DNA from: an uncultured Acidimicrobiia bacterium
Lineage (GTDB): Bacteria > Actinomycetota > Acidimicrobiia > Spongiisociales > ZC4RG35
Direction: 5' to 3'
Assembly: GCA_963772815.1 (NCBI GenBank)
Contig: CAVYYV010000009.1
Location: 23,183 to 87,182, forward strand
Length of the DNA: 64,000 nucleotides
Shown: positions 51,176-61,715 of the stretch, one piece after another
How the letters are laid out: each line of letters opens with the position of its first letter
How positions within the stretch are numbered: the first letter of the stretch is position 1
The notes under the pieces: generated by a model
The model's input: the letters and a program-made list of their open reading frames with translations, nothing else
Told to the model about the DNA's origin: nothing
The model's database searches: none
Program-made: the position numbers and the translations under genes

Positions 51176-51248
51176 GCCGATCGGTCAAAACCCGTTGTCA
51201 ACAGGCACTTCTTCTGATACGTTCACGACGTCCAAAAGGGGAGGATCG

Positions 51249-52174
51249 GTGAGCAGGTCTAGACGTCACGCCACCGCCGATGCGGTTGGCCTATACCTGG
51301 GTGATGTGTCCGATCACGGCCTGCTGACGGCCGAGGACGAGGTGCGCCTGGCCCGAACGATCGAGCGAGGCCGTCAGGCCGAGGCACGCGTCTGAGCGAA
51401 TTCGGGCTCGACTCCGACGACCGGCGCCGGCTCGAGCTCCTGATCGAGGACGGCCGGGAAGCTCGAGCCGCATTCATCAGCGCCAACCTGCGCCTGGTCA
51501 TCTCCATCGCCAAGCGCTACACGGGACGCGGCCTGGATCTCCTGGATCTCATCCAGGAGGGGAATCTGGGTCTGATCCGAGCCGTCGAGAAGTTCGACTG
51601 GAGAAAAGGATTCAAGTTCTCGACCTACGCCACCTGGTGGATCCGTCAGGCGATCACCCGGGGCATCGGCAACGCCGGCCGTACCATCAGGCTCCCTGTG
51701 CACCTGATCGACGTGGTCCGGACGGTCTCAGACACTCGCCAGATGCTGCACGACCAGCTGCAGAGGGCGCCGACGGTCGACGAGGTGGCAGAGGCGTCCG
51801 GAGTCGACAGGGACCGGGTTCTCGTGGCCATCGAGGCACCCGGGGACACGGTCTCGCTCGACCGGCCGGTCGGCTCTGAGGGAGACGCAGAACTGCAGGA
51901 TTTCGTCGAGGACGAAACGGTCGACCCATTCACCCTCGCCGTCGAGACCTTGGCCCGGGAGAAGCTGATGGCGGCACTGGAGATGCTCGAGGCCGACGAG
52001 CAGCAGGTGCTGTGGCTTCGCTTTGGGCTCGACGGCTCGGAACCCTGGACGCTGACCGACGTGGGCCAGGTCATGCACACGACCCGCGAGCGGGTTCGCC
52101 AGATCGAAGGGCGAGCCCTGGCCAAGCTCCGCCACCCCTCCCTCCGGGCGGATTTGGCCGGCGCGGTGCTGTGA
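51249..52174 (+). CDS. Sigma-70 factor, RpoD/SigB-like without region 1.1 (one apparent frameshift)
   Basis: GTG with a GGGGAGGA RBS. Region 1.2 YLGDV..LLTAEDE. After a shift near 51390 come [34 protein letters not shown] and TRERVRQIE. Confidence 0.88.
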
Positions 52175-52247
52175 TCCCTGACCAGACCTGTCCCGGGTGG
52201 TAGCAGAGGTCCCTGGCGCCCGCGGCACGGCTGGATAAGCTGTTGCC

Positions 52248-52514
52248 ATGCTCAATGACCCCAACTTCACCGCTCTAGGCATCATCGCCCTCTTCGGTGT
52301 GGTGATGGGGCTGGTGGGGGGAATCGCGGCCGGCGCCAAGTCTCTCAGCCTGGTCTCCTTGATAGGCGCCATGGGGGCGGTGGCCGCGGCGGCAGTGGCC
52401 CGCGTGGCCCGGCTCGACCCGATAGTGGGCATCGGCAACGACTACTCCTTCGTGTACGGAGCCGTAGGTGGTCTCATCCTGAGCTACTCGGTCGGACGCA
52501 GCGACCGCCGCTGA
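52248..52514 (+). CDS. Small membrane protein (about 3 TM helices)
   Basis: 88-aa hydrophobic, Gly-rich ORF ending 2 nt before amn. Confidence 0.65.
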   Translation: MLNDPNFTALGIIALFGVVMGLVGGIAAGAKSLSLVSLIGAMGAVAAAAVARVARLDPIVGIGNDYSFVYGAVGGLILSYSVGRSDRR

Positions 52515-52516
52515 CC

Positions 52517-53302
52517 ATGGGCGAGCCCACCGTCGCTCGCGAGGCCCTGGTGCGGGATTGGTTGCCCCGCTACACCGGCATGCCCCTGGCTCAGTTCGGC
52601 GACTATGTCCTCCTCACCAACTTCAAGTCCTACCTGGGGGGCTTCGCCGCCCGCTTCGGCTGCACGATCAGGGGCGAGGACCGGCCCATGCAGGCGGCCA
52701 CCAACCACGACGGGCTCACCATGGTCAACTTCGGGATCGGGACCGCCAACGCTGCCACGATCATGGACCTCCTGGTCGCCGTCGAGCCCAAAGGCGTCCT
52801 CTTCCTCGGCAAGTGCGGCGGCCTCAAGACATCGACCGAGATCGGCCACTTCATCCTGCCCATTGCCGCGATCCGCGGAGAGGGAACCTCGAACGACTAC
52901 TTCCCGCCCGAGGTCCCGGCTTTGCCATCTTTCAAGCTGCACAAGTTCGTTTCTGAGAAGATCGTCGCCCGCGGGCTCGAATATCGGACCGGCGTCGTCT
53001 ACACCACCAACCGCAGGGTGTGGGAGCACGACGAGGCATTCCTGGCCCGCCTGCGTCGACTGACTGCGTTGGCCATCGACATGGAGACGGCCACGATCTT
53101 CATCGTCGGTCACGCCAACCAGATTCCCCGCGGCGCCCTCCTCCTCGTGTCGGACACTCCCTATACGCCCGAAGGTGTGAAGAGCGAAGAGAGCGACTCC
53201 ATCGTCACCCGCGATTGGTCCGACACACACCTGGAGCTGGGTATCGAGGCCATGACCGACATCGCCATCCATGGCGAGGCGATAAAGCACTTCACCTTCT
53301 GA
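52517..53302 (+). CDS. amn: AMP nucleosidase (short PNP/UDP-fold type)
   Basis: WLPRYTG, LLTNF, LGKCGGL, IRGEGTSNDY, TNRRVWE and IDMETAT motifs. Confidence 0.88.
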   Translation: MGEPTVAREALVRDWLPRYTGMPLAQFGDYVLLTNFKSYLGGFAARFGCTIRGEDRPMQAATNHDGLTMVNFGIGTANAATIMDLLVAVEPKGVLFLGKCGGLKTSTEIGHFILPIAAIRGEGTSNDYFPPEVPALPSFKLHKFVSEKIVARGLEYRTGVVYTTNRRVWEHDEAFLARLRRLTALAIDMETATIFIVGHANQIPRGALLLVSDTPYTPEGVKSEESDSIVTRDWSDTHLELGIEAMTDIAIHGEAIKHFTF

Positions 53303-53340
53303 CCGACCCGGGGGGACCGCCGAGGCGAGGCACGGCAACT

Positions 53341-53459
53341 TTGGGCCGTGAGCGTCGCCCGGCGACGCTGTGAACCCTGGGTTGGGCAAGGGCCCGGGTC
53401 CGACTCGAACCTTGGGCCGTGAGCGTCGCCGGGCGACGCTGTGAACCCTGGGTTGGGCA
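53341..53459. repeat. Two 48-bp direct repeats, each with an internal hairpin (REP-like)
   Basis: ttgggccgtgagcgtcgcc(c/g)ggcgacgctgtgaaccctgggttgggca at 53341 and 53412. Each contains the stem agcgtcgcc/ggcgacgct. Confidence 0.8.
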
Positions 53460-53471
53460 GGGGAGCCTGAC

Positions 53472-55205
53472 TCAGAACAGCGCCGAGACGATCCACCTAC
53501 GCGACTCGACCGGGTCGATCACATCGTCGATCTCGAAGTGGGAGGCGACGTTGACGCCCTTGCCGATCTCGTACATCTCGGTCACCCTCCGCTCCAGCTC
53601 TGCCTGGCGAGCATCGGGATCCTCGATGGCGTCGAGCTCCCGTCTGAATCCCAACTTCACCGCACCCTCCAAACCCATGGGCCCGAACTCCGACGTCGGC
53701 CACCCCAGTGTGAAGCGCCCCTCGTGGAACCCACCGGCGGCCATGGCCATGGCACCCAGCCCGTACCCGCGCCGGGTGACGATGGTCCCGATCGGAACTT
53801 CGGCCTCGGCTGCGGCCCGAAACAGGCCCCCCGCCGATCGCACCAGGCCCTCAGCCTCTGCCTCGGGCCCCACCATGAATCCTGGCGTGTCGCAAAGGGA
53901 GAGCACCGGCAGCTCCCATCGGTTGCACAGGCGCAGGTGGCGGGCCAGGGAGATAGCGGCGTGATGGTCGACTGCCCCCGCCCGGTGCATGGGGTCATTG
54001 GCGATGATGCCCAGCGGCCGACCCTCGATTCGAGCGAAACCGGTGACCGATGCCTGGGCGTAGCCGGGCCTCACCTCCAGGAAGCTGCCCGTGTCCACGA
54101 GAGCGTCGATGATGTCCCGGACCTGATACAGCCGCCGCCTATTGGCCGGGACGATCGTACGCAGGGCTTCCTGCTCACCAGCATCCCACTCAGATGTGGC
54201 ACCCCGGATCAGGCCCAGCAGGTCGCGCACCGTCGCCACCGCCTGGTGATCATCCTCGACGGGGAGGTCTATCACCCCGTTGTGGATCTGCACGCCGGCG
54301 GAGCCAACCTCGTCGGAGGAGAAGACGCCCAACCCTCCGCCCTCGATCATGGCCGGCCCGCCCATGCCCAGGTTCGAGTCTTGGGTGGCGACGATCACGT
54401 CGCATTGGCCGAGCAGTGCCGCGTTTCCGGCAAAGCAGTAGCCGGTGTTGACCCCGATGGTTGGACCCCGGATCTCTGCAAAGAGACGAAACGCCGGGAC
54501 CTCGAGGAGCGAGACGCCCGGCCAGTCGACATCGCCGGGCCGGCCTCCGCCACCCTCGGCGAACAGGACGACCGGCAGGCCCATCTCGGAGGCCAGCCTG
54601 AAGAGGCGATCCTTTTTGCGATGGTTCTGCATCCCCTGGGTGCCGGCCAGGACCGTGTAGTCGTAGGAGACCACGATCGCCCGGTCGTCGCCCGATGTGC
54701 CGGTGTCGATGCGCCCGATTCCGGCCACCATCCCGTCGGCCGGCGTTCTCCTGATCAGCTCCTCGACATCACGCCGCCCCCGTTGAGCGGCTATAGCCAG
54801 CGGCCCATATTCGGTGAAGTCGCTGCAGAGCTCGGCCAGATTCTCGCGTGTTGTGCGATGACCCGACTCATGACGAGCCGCTACCGCCTCCGGCCGGGCG
54901 TCGTCCAGTCCCAGGGCATGGCGCTCCATGGCCTCGTCCAGTGCTGAGAGATCCTCCTGTCGAGCCCTATCGGGGCCGGCTTCCGTCTCCTCGGTCTGCT
55001 CGATGCTGACCAGGGGCGTCCCGGCCTCGACCGCTTCTCCAACCTGCACGTGGAGCCGGTCGACCCTGCCCGTCACCCGGGCGGTCACCGGGTGCTCCAT
55101 CTTCATGACCTCCAGCACGACCAGGGTGTCGGACGCCCTGACCCGGGATCCCACCTCCACCGACACGGCCGCCACACGAGCGGCCACCGGAGCAACGATT
55201 TCCAC
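53472..55205 (-). CDS. Biotin carboxyl carrier domain fused to an acyl-CoA carboxyltransferase
   Basis: VMKME biotinylation motif. CT motifs YTVLAGTQG, EGGGGRP, GMGGP and DTPGFMVG. No biotin carboxylase domain. Confidence 0.88.
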   Translation of the reverse strand: MEIVAPVAARVAAVSVEVGSRVRASDTLVVLEVMKMEHPVTARVTGRVDRLHVQVGEAVEAGTPLVSIEQTEETEAGPDRARQEDLSALDEAMERHALGLDDARPEAVAARHESGHRTTRENLAELCSDFTEYGPLAIAAQRGRRDVEELIRRTPADGMVAGIGRIDTGTSGDDRAIVVSYDYTVLAGTQGMQNHRKKDRLFRLASEMGLPVVLFAEGGGGRPGDVDWPGVSLLEVPAFRLFAEIRGPTIGVNTGYCFAGNAALLGQCDVIVATQDSNLGMGGPAMIEGGGLGVFSSDEVGSAGVQIHNGVIDLPVEDDHQAVATVRDLLGLIRGATSEWDAGEQEALRTIVPANRRRLYQVRDIIDALVDTGSFLEVRPGYAQASVTGFARIEGRPLGIIANDPMHRAGAVDHHAAISLARHLRLCNRWELPVLSLCDTPGFMVGPEAEAEGLVRSAGGLFRAAAEAEVPIGTIVTRRGYGLGAMAMAAGGFHEGRFTLGWPTSEFGPMGLEGAVKLGFRRELDAIEDPDARQAELERRVTEMYEIGKGVNVASHFEIDDVIDPVESRRWIVSALF

Positions 55206-55223
55206 GGCCTGATCCTAAGCGGG

Positions 55224-55522
55224 CCGCCGCCCACCCCGGCGAAGCCTCCACCATCTAACCGACGGCTCCGACAGCCACACTCAAACCCGCCGCCCACCCC
55301 GGCGAAGCCTCCACCATCTAACCGACGGCTCCGACAGCCACACTCAAACCCGCCGCCCACCCCGGCGAAGCCTCCACCATCTAACCGACGGCTCCGACAG
55401 CCACACTCAAACCCGCCGCCCACCCCGGCGAAGCCTCCACCATCTAACCGACGGCTCCGACAGCCACACTCAAACCCGCCGCCCACCCCGGCGAAGCCTC
55501 CACCATCTAACCGACGGCTCCG
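55224..55522. repeat. Perfect 63-bp tandem repeat (about 4.7 copies) that includes the sufB 3' end; each unit is a 20-codon mini-ORF on the minus strand
   Basis: Identical units start at 55224, 55287, 55350, 55413 and 55476. The minus-strand unit runs ATG GTG GAG ... GCC GTC GGT TAG. Confidence 0.95.
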
Positions 55523-56919
55523 GCTTCGGCCATGTTGAGCTCGATGAGGCGGTTCATCTCGACGGCGTACTCCATCGGGAGCTCCTTGACGATGGGCTCG
55601 ATGAATCCGGCCACGATCATCGAAGTCGCCTGATCCTCGGTCAGACCACGGCTCATCAGGTAGAAGAGCTGCTCCTCGCCCACCTTGGAAACGGTGGCCT
55701 CATGGCCGATCTCGGCGTCGTTCTCCTCGATCTCCATATACGGGTAGGTGTCGGAGCGGGACTTCTCGTCGAGGATCAGAGCGTCACAACGCACGAAGCT
55801 CTTGGCGTGCTCCGCCCCCGGCTCGACTCTGACCAGGCCGCGGTATCCCGCCCGACCCCCGCCCTTCGAGATCGACTTGGAGACGATCGTCGAGGTGGTG
55901 TCGGGAGCGACATGAACCATCTTGGCGCCGGCGTCCTGATGCTGGCCCTCCCCGGCGAAAGCGATGGACAGCACCTCACCGTGGGCACCCGGCTCCATCA
56001 GCCACACGGCCGGATACTTCATGGTCAGCCGCGAACCCAGGTTGCCATCGACCCACTCCATGGTGGCGTTGCGATAGGCAACAGCCCGCTTGGTGACAAG
56101 GTTGAACACGTTGTTCGACCAGTTCTGGATCGTGGTGTAGCGGCACCGGCCGCCTTCCTTCACGACGATCTCCACCACGGCAGAGTGGAGCGAATCGGTG
56201 GTGTAGATCGGGGCCGAGCACCCTTCCACGTAATGACAGTAGGCGCCTTCGTCGACGATGATCAGCGTGCGCTCGAACTGGCCCATATTCTCCGAGTTGA
56301 TACGGAAGTAGGCCTGCAGCGGCTGGTCGACGTGCACACCGGGGGGAACGTAGATAAAGGACCCGCCCGACCAAACCGCCGAGTTGAGGGCGGCAAACTT
56401 GTTGTCGTTGGGCGGAATCACGGTTCCCATGTATTCGCGAACGATGTCGGGGTGCTCGCGCAGGGCGGTGTCCATGTCGCTGAATAGGACACCCTTCTCC
56501 TCCAGATCCTCGCGGTTGCGGTGGTAGACGACCTCGGACTCGTACTGGGCCGTGACCCCGGCCAGGTACTTGCGCTCTGCCTGGGGGATGCCCAGCTTCT
56601 CGTAGGTCTTCTTGATCGACTCGGGCACCATGTCCCAGTCTTTGGCCTGGGTGTCGGTGGGCTTGACGTAGTAGTAGATGTCGTCGAAATCGATCGAGTT
56701 GAGCGCTCCGCCGCCGCCCCACTGAGGGATCGGCTTGCGCAGGAAACGCTGGTAGGCCTTGAGCCGGAAGTCCAGCATCCACTGGGGCTCGTCCTTGATC
56801 TTCGACATCTGGCGGATGACATCCTCGTTCAGCCCCTTCTGGGGCTTGAAGACGTACTCGTCCTCGGAGTCGTGCCAGCCGAGCTTGTATGCGCCGAGAT
56901 CGATATCGACGGTGGCCAT
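55507..56919 (-). CDS. sufB: Fe-S cluster assembly protein SufB
   Basis: [39 protein letters not shown] and ELPMEYAVE motifs. Confidence 0.96.
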   Translation of the reverse strand: MATVDIDLGAYKLGWHDSEDEYVFKPQKGLNEDVIRQMSKIKDEPQWMLDFRLKAYQRFLRKPIPQWGGGGALNSIDFDDIYYYVKPTDTQAKDWDMVPESIKKTYEKLGIPQAERKYLAGVTAQYESEVVYHRNREDLEEKGVLFSDMDTALREHPDIVREYMGTVIPPNDNKFAALNSAVWSGGSFIYVPPGVHVDQPLQAYFRINSENMGQFERTLIIVDEGAYCHYVEGCSAPIYTTDSLHSAVVEIVVKEGGRCRYTTIQNWSNNVFNLVTKRAVAYRNATMEWVDGNLGSRLTMKYPAVWLMEPGAHGEVLSIAFAGEGQHQDAGAKMVHVAPDTTSTIVSKSISKGGGRAGYRGLVRVEPGAEHAKSFVRCDALILDEKSRSDTYPYMEIEENDAEIGHEATVSKVGEEQLFYLMSRGLTEDQATSMIVAGFIEPIVKELPMEYAVEMNRLIELNMAEAGAVG

Positions 56920-57025
56920 CTAGTAATCACCTCACTACATCTGCCGGGATTTACACCATCCCGATAGTGCAATCCTACCGGATCGGGGTCGGCTATCCCA
57001 AGAGGTTTCCGGCCCGGGCCAGGAC

Positions 57026-60000
57026 TCAGCGATCCTGGCTGCCGGACAGCTCTGCAACCGGTATCCGTCGATGAGGCTGAGAGGCTCGCAGCACCCAGAA
57101 GCGCTCTCTCTGCGCCTCCCATTCCTCCAAGATGGTGGCCGCCACGTCCGACTCGGTCAGCTCCAGGTGGCGCTCGAGGATGTCACGCACTTCGATCTCC
57201 TCGATCTCGACCAGGCGGCGCATGGCCGGAGACGTCTCGGCCACGAATCGATTGAGTCGGGCCTTGGGATCCCACACGTAGGCCACGCCTCCCGTCATGC
57301 CGGCCCCGAAGTTGCGGCCTACGGGACCCAGCACCACCACCACGCCCCCGGTCATGTACTCGCAACCGTGATCCGAGCAGCCCTCGACCACGGCCGTGGC
57401 ACCCGAGTTGCGGACCGCAAAGCGCTGGCCGACCGTGCCGGCCATGAACAACTCACCACCGGTCGCCCCGTAGAGGACGGCATTGCCGCCCGCGTGGGGA
57501 ACGCTGCCCTCCGGACGGCGTGGGGAGACCACGATCCTGCCGCCACCCATCCCTTTTCCGACGTAATCATTTCCGGTCCCGTTCAGACGCAGGTCCACCC
57601 CTGGGGCGTGCCAGGCACCCAGGCTCTGGCCGGCAGTGCCCGACAGCTTCAGAGTCACGGTCCCGGGCGGCAACCCCTCATCTCCGTACCGGGCGGCGAT
57701 GGCGCCCGAGATGCCTGCCCCCACCGTCCGGTCCACATTGGAGATAGGGAACGAGAGGTCTACGGGGGTCCGCGATTCGATGGCCGGGAGCGCCTCTTCC
57801 AAGAGTCGACGGGAGAGCTTGGACACAGGGGGCGGGCGGAAGCCAGGATGTTGCAGACGCCCCTCGGCCCGCACCAGGAGATCGGACAGGCCGCGGGCCA
57901 TGGGATGATCGATCGGCTGGAGGAGGTCTGCCCGGCCGATCACCTCGCTCAAGGTGCGAGCGCCCAGCCCTGCCAGGTGCCCCCGTACTTCCTCGGCCAG
58001 CATCCTGAACAGGATCACCACCTGCTCGGCTGCCCCGGTGAACTTGGCCCGCAGGTCTTCGTTCTGGGTCGTGATGCCCACGGGGCAGGTGTTGAGGTGG
58101 CACTGGCGGACCATCTTGCAGCCCAGCGCCAATAGAGGCAGGGTCCCGAAACCGAAACGCTCCGCCCCCAGCAGCGCCGCCACCACCACGTCCCTCCCGG
58201 TCCGCAGCCCGCCGTCGGTCTCCAGGGCGATCGAGGAGCGCAGCCCGTTGGCGACCAGGACCTGATGGGCTTCGGCCAGACCCAGCTCCCAGGGGGACCC
58301 GGCGTGCTTGATCGACTCGAGGGGAGAGGCGCCGGTTCCGCCATCGGACCCGGAGATCAGAATGCCATCGGCGAGCGCCTTGGCCACCCCTACGGCCACA
58401 GTGCCGACACCGGGCTCAGACACCAGCTTGACCGAGACCCGGGCCGTGGGCTTGAAAGCCTTCAGGTCGTAGATGAGCTGGGCAAGATCCTCGATCGAGT
58501 AGATGTCGTGGTGGGGAGGCGGTGAGATGAGGCTGACACCGGGCTCGGTATGACGCAGGCGGGCGATCTCGTCGGAGACCTTGTGCCCCGGCAACTGGCC
58601 TCCTTCACCGGGTTTGGATCCCTGAGCCATCTTGATCTGATACTCCTCACCCGAGGCCAGGTACCCGGGGGTGACGCCGAAGCGACCCGAGGCAACCTGT
58701 TTGATCGCCGAGTTTCTCGAGGTTCCGTAGCGCTCCGGCGCCTCACCGCCCTCACCTGAGTTGGACAGTGCTCCGATCTGATTCATCGCCTCAGCCAGAG
58801 CACCGTGGGCTTCGGCCGAAAGCGCCCCCAGGCTCATGGCCGCGGTCACGAACCTGCGCATGATGCGCTCGGCCGGCTCGACCTCCGAGATCGGAACCGG
58901 GCGCCGCGTGGAGAACCGGAGCAGGTCGCGCAACTGCATTGGAGAACGGTCCTCCACCTTCTCCACGTAGGTCTGCCAGTCGGCCTGCTCCCCGGAGCGA
59001 ACCGCCCGTTGAACCGCCAGAACCACGGCCGGGCTGGTGACGTGGGCATACCCGCCCCGCCGCTGCTTGTAGAAGCCCCCGGCGAACTCATCTCCCGATC
59101 GGTACAGGGCATGCAACTGGAGCGAGCGAGCCGCCAGGTCTTCCCATCCCGAGGCCGCCCGTGCGACGGGCGGCGTTGCGGTAGCAGGTCTTTGTGACCT
59201 CCGAGTCGAGTCCCACCACCTCGAACAGCTCCGAGCCCCGATAGGCGGACACCGTCGAGATCCCCATCTTGGACATGACCTTCAGCAGGCCCGACTGCAA
59301 GGAGGACCGGTAGTTCTCCTGGGCCACGACCGGGTTCTGGTGTACGACCCCGTCCTCGGCCAACGTCCTGACCTGGTCGATGGCCAGATAGGGGTTGACC
59401 GCCGAAGCCCCGGCGGCAATCAACATCGCCAGATCGTGCGAATCCCGCGGCTCGCCGGATACGACCACGATCGAGGCCTGCATACGGATCCCGGCGTCGA
59501 TCAGACGATGGTGGACCGCTCCCACCAGCGGGGTCATCGGGATGGGAACGCTGTCCTCGTCCACCTCCCGATCCGAGACAACGACGATCGTGGCGCCGGC
59601 CCGCACCGCTTCGGCCGCCTCGGAACAGACTTGCTCGATGCGATCTGCCAGGCCGGCCTCGCCCGAGGCCCGGGGCCAGATCGCCGGGATCCAATGCGAG
59701 AAGAAGCCGGGGTCGCCCGAGAACACGATCGCCTCGAGTTCGGCGTTGGAAACTATCGGAGAGGAGAGCTCGACCAGATGGGCGTCGCTAGCCACCTCAT
59801 CGAGCAGCGATCCGCGAGACCCGAGATAGGTGCGCAGCGACATGACCAGCTGCTCCCGGATTGGATCCATGGGTGGGTTGGTGACCTGGGCGAAGACCTG
59901 ATGGCAGTAGTGCGACGACCGGCGCGGGTAATCCGACATGGCGGCTAATGCTGTGTCACTTCCCATGGAACCAACCGGGGTCTTGCCCTCTGCCATGTCG

Positions 60001-61454
60001 GCCAGGATCAGACGACGTTCCTCGGCCGTGTAGCCGAACACGCGACATAGGGCGGCAGCGTCGAAGCGATCGTCCGCCTCGTCATCGAAGGGCTGTTGGA
60101 CGTACAGGGTCTCCGTCGAGATCCACTCCTCATAGGGGGCCCGAGCGGCCAGCTCGTCCCGAAGCGCCTCGCCCATGCGTATCCGGCCGGTTCTCCCCTC
60201 GAACAGAAGCATGTCGCCCGGTCCGAGCTGCCCCGTGTGCTGTGCCCGACTCTCTTCCTCGGGACAGACTCCGGCCTCGGAGGCCACCAGCACCACCTCG
60301 GGCGTGACCGCCCAGCGAGCCGGACGAAGGCCGTTGCGGTCCAACCCGGCCAACAGGTCGACGCCGTCGGTGGCTGCTATCGCCGCGGGGCCATCCCAGG
60401 GCTCTGTGAGGAAAGCCTGGTACTCGTGAAAGGCGCGCAGCTCGGGCGTCAGATCGGCGACGTTCTCCCATGCCGCCGGGATCAGCAGCTCCTTGGTGTG
60501 GGCCAGGTCCCGCCCCGAGCGCAAGAGCAACTCGAACATGTTGTCCAGGCTGCCCGAATCCGACTGTTCCGGCTGGAGAAACGGACGAATGTCACGGATC
60601 CGACGCCCCCAGACCGTCTCCGCCCGTCCAGGCACCATGGCGGCGTTCTCCCGGGCCTGGGTCCAGGAGCGGTTGGAGGCGATGGTGTTTATCTCGCCGT
60701 TGTGAGCCAGAGCGCGGAACGGCTGGGCGATGTGCCACGACGGAAAGGTGTTGGTGGAGTAGCGCTGATGGAAGATGGCGAAGGCGGTCTCGAAATCCGG
60801 GTCGCCCAGGTCCCAGTAGAAGTTGGCGATGTCGGCCGCTGTGAACAGGCCCTTGTACACCACCGTCCGTCCCGACGCCGAGGGAATCGAGAAATCGGCC
60901 GTGGCACCGCTGGCTCGCTCGATCCGCTTGCGAGCCAGGAAGAGAAGTCGCTCGAAGCCGTCGTCATCCTGCCCGGACGGCGACAGAACCAGGGCCTGCT
61001 CGATGATGGGGAGGCTGTCGAATGCCCTCACCGAGAGCACGGACGGATCGGCGGGGACCGAGCGCCAGGCAACCAGGTCACCCCCCTCGGCCGCTACCGC
61101 TTCGGCCACCATCTGGCGATAGCGATGCGCATCCAGGGGCGGGAGGAAGCACATCACCACCCCCAGCCTCCGGCCGGCCTCGACCTCGATCCCGCTCGCC
61201 TTCAGCCAGCGTCGCAGCAGGCGTTGTGGAATCTGGGTCATGAGACCCGCCCCGTCACCGGTGCCGTCGGACGCCTTGGCGCCACGATGATCCAGCCGGC
61301 GCAGACACTCCACGGCCAGCTTCGTCATTCGGTACGAGGAGGACCCATCACGGGCGGCGATGAACCCGACCCCGCACGCGTCGTGCTCATTTCGTGGGTC
61401 GTAGAGCGGAAATGCGGACGTGAAACCAGACCTGGAGATTGCCGGAGCTCCCAT
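57026..61454 (-). CDS. gltB: Glutamate synthase large subunit (one apparent frameshift)
   Basis: HDACGVGF (Ntn Cys), HQRYSTNT, HNGEINT, KMAQGSKPGEGGQLPG, CKMVRQCHLNTCP and GXGXG repeats. An extra G near 59149 splits the ORF. Confidence 0.92.
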
Positions 61455-61497
61455 CTTTCGGTGGCGAGTCGACCATTCTACCTGAGGCGGCCGAGGC

Positions 61498-61519
61498 CCA
61501 ATACGCATATGCGCATAGG
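61498..61519. promoter_or_regulatory. Imperfect palindrome upstream of gltB, possible operator
   Basis: ccaatacgcat|atgcgcatagg with a perfect cgcatatgcg core, about 45 bp upstream of the gltB start. Confidence 0.4.
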
Positions 61520-61715
61520 CGGGTGGGCCCATCCGGTCGGCACATTCCGAGGATCGGGACGCCCGCGTCCAACCCAGGCACGCCCGATGGATAAGATCGG
61601 CCCCCGGGCCGAGCCTACCGGGCGGAACGAAGCCTTCGGCCGATCTTCTCCACAGACCATCCCACGCCGACTCTCCACGATCTGATTGCCTCCCGGAAGC
61701 GGCTCCGCCGGCCAG

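Noticed and set aside
55224-55522. CRISPR array
   Set aside because: The units are identical over their full length, so there are no unique spacers, and no cas genes are present.
55050-55538. Pro-rich (+) and Gly/Cys-rich (-) repeat proteins over the tandem array
   Set aside because: These are open frames expected from a 63-bp unit. They overlap real genes and lack convincing starts.
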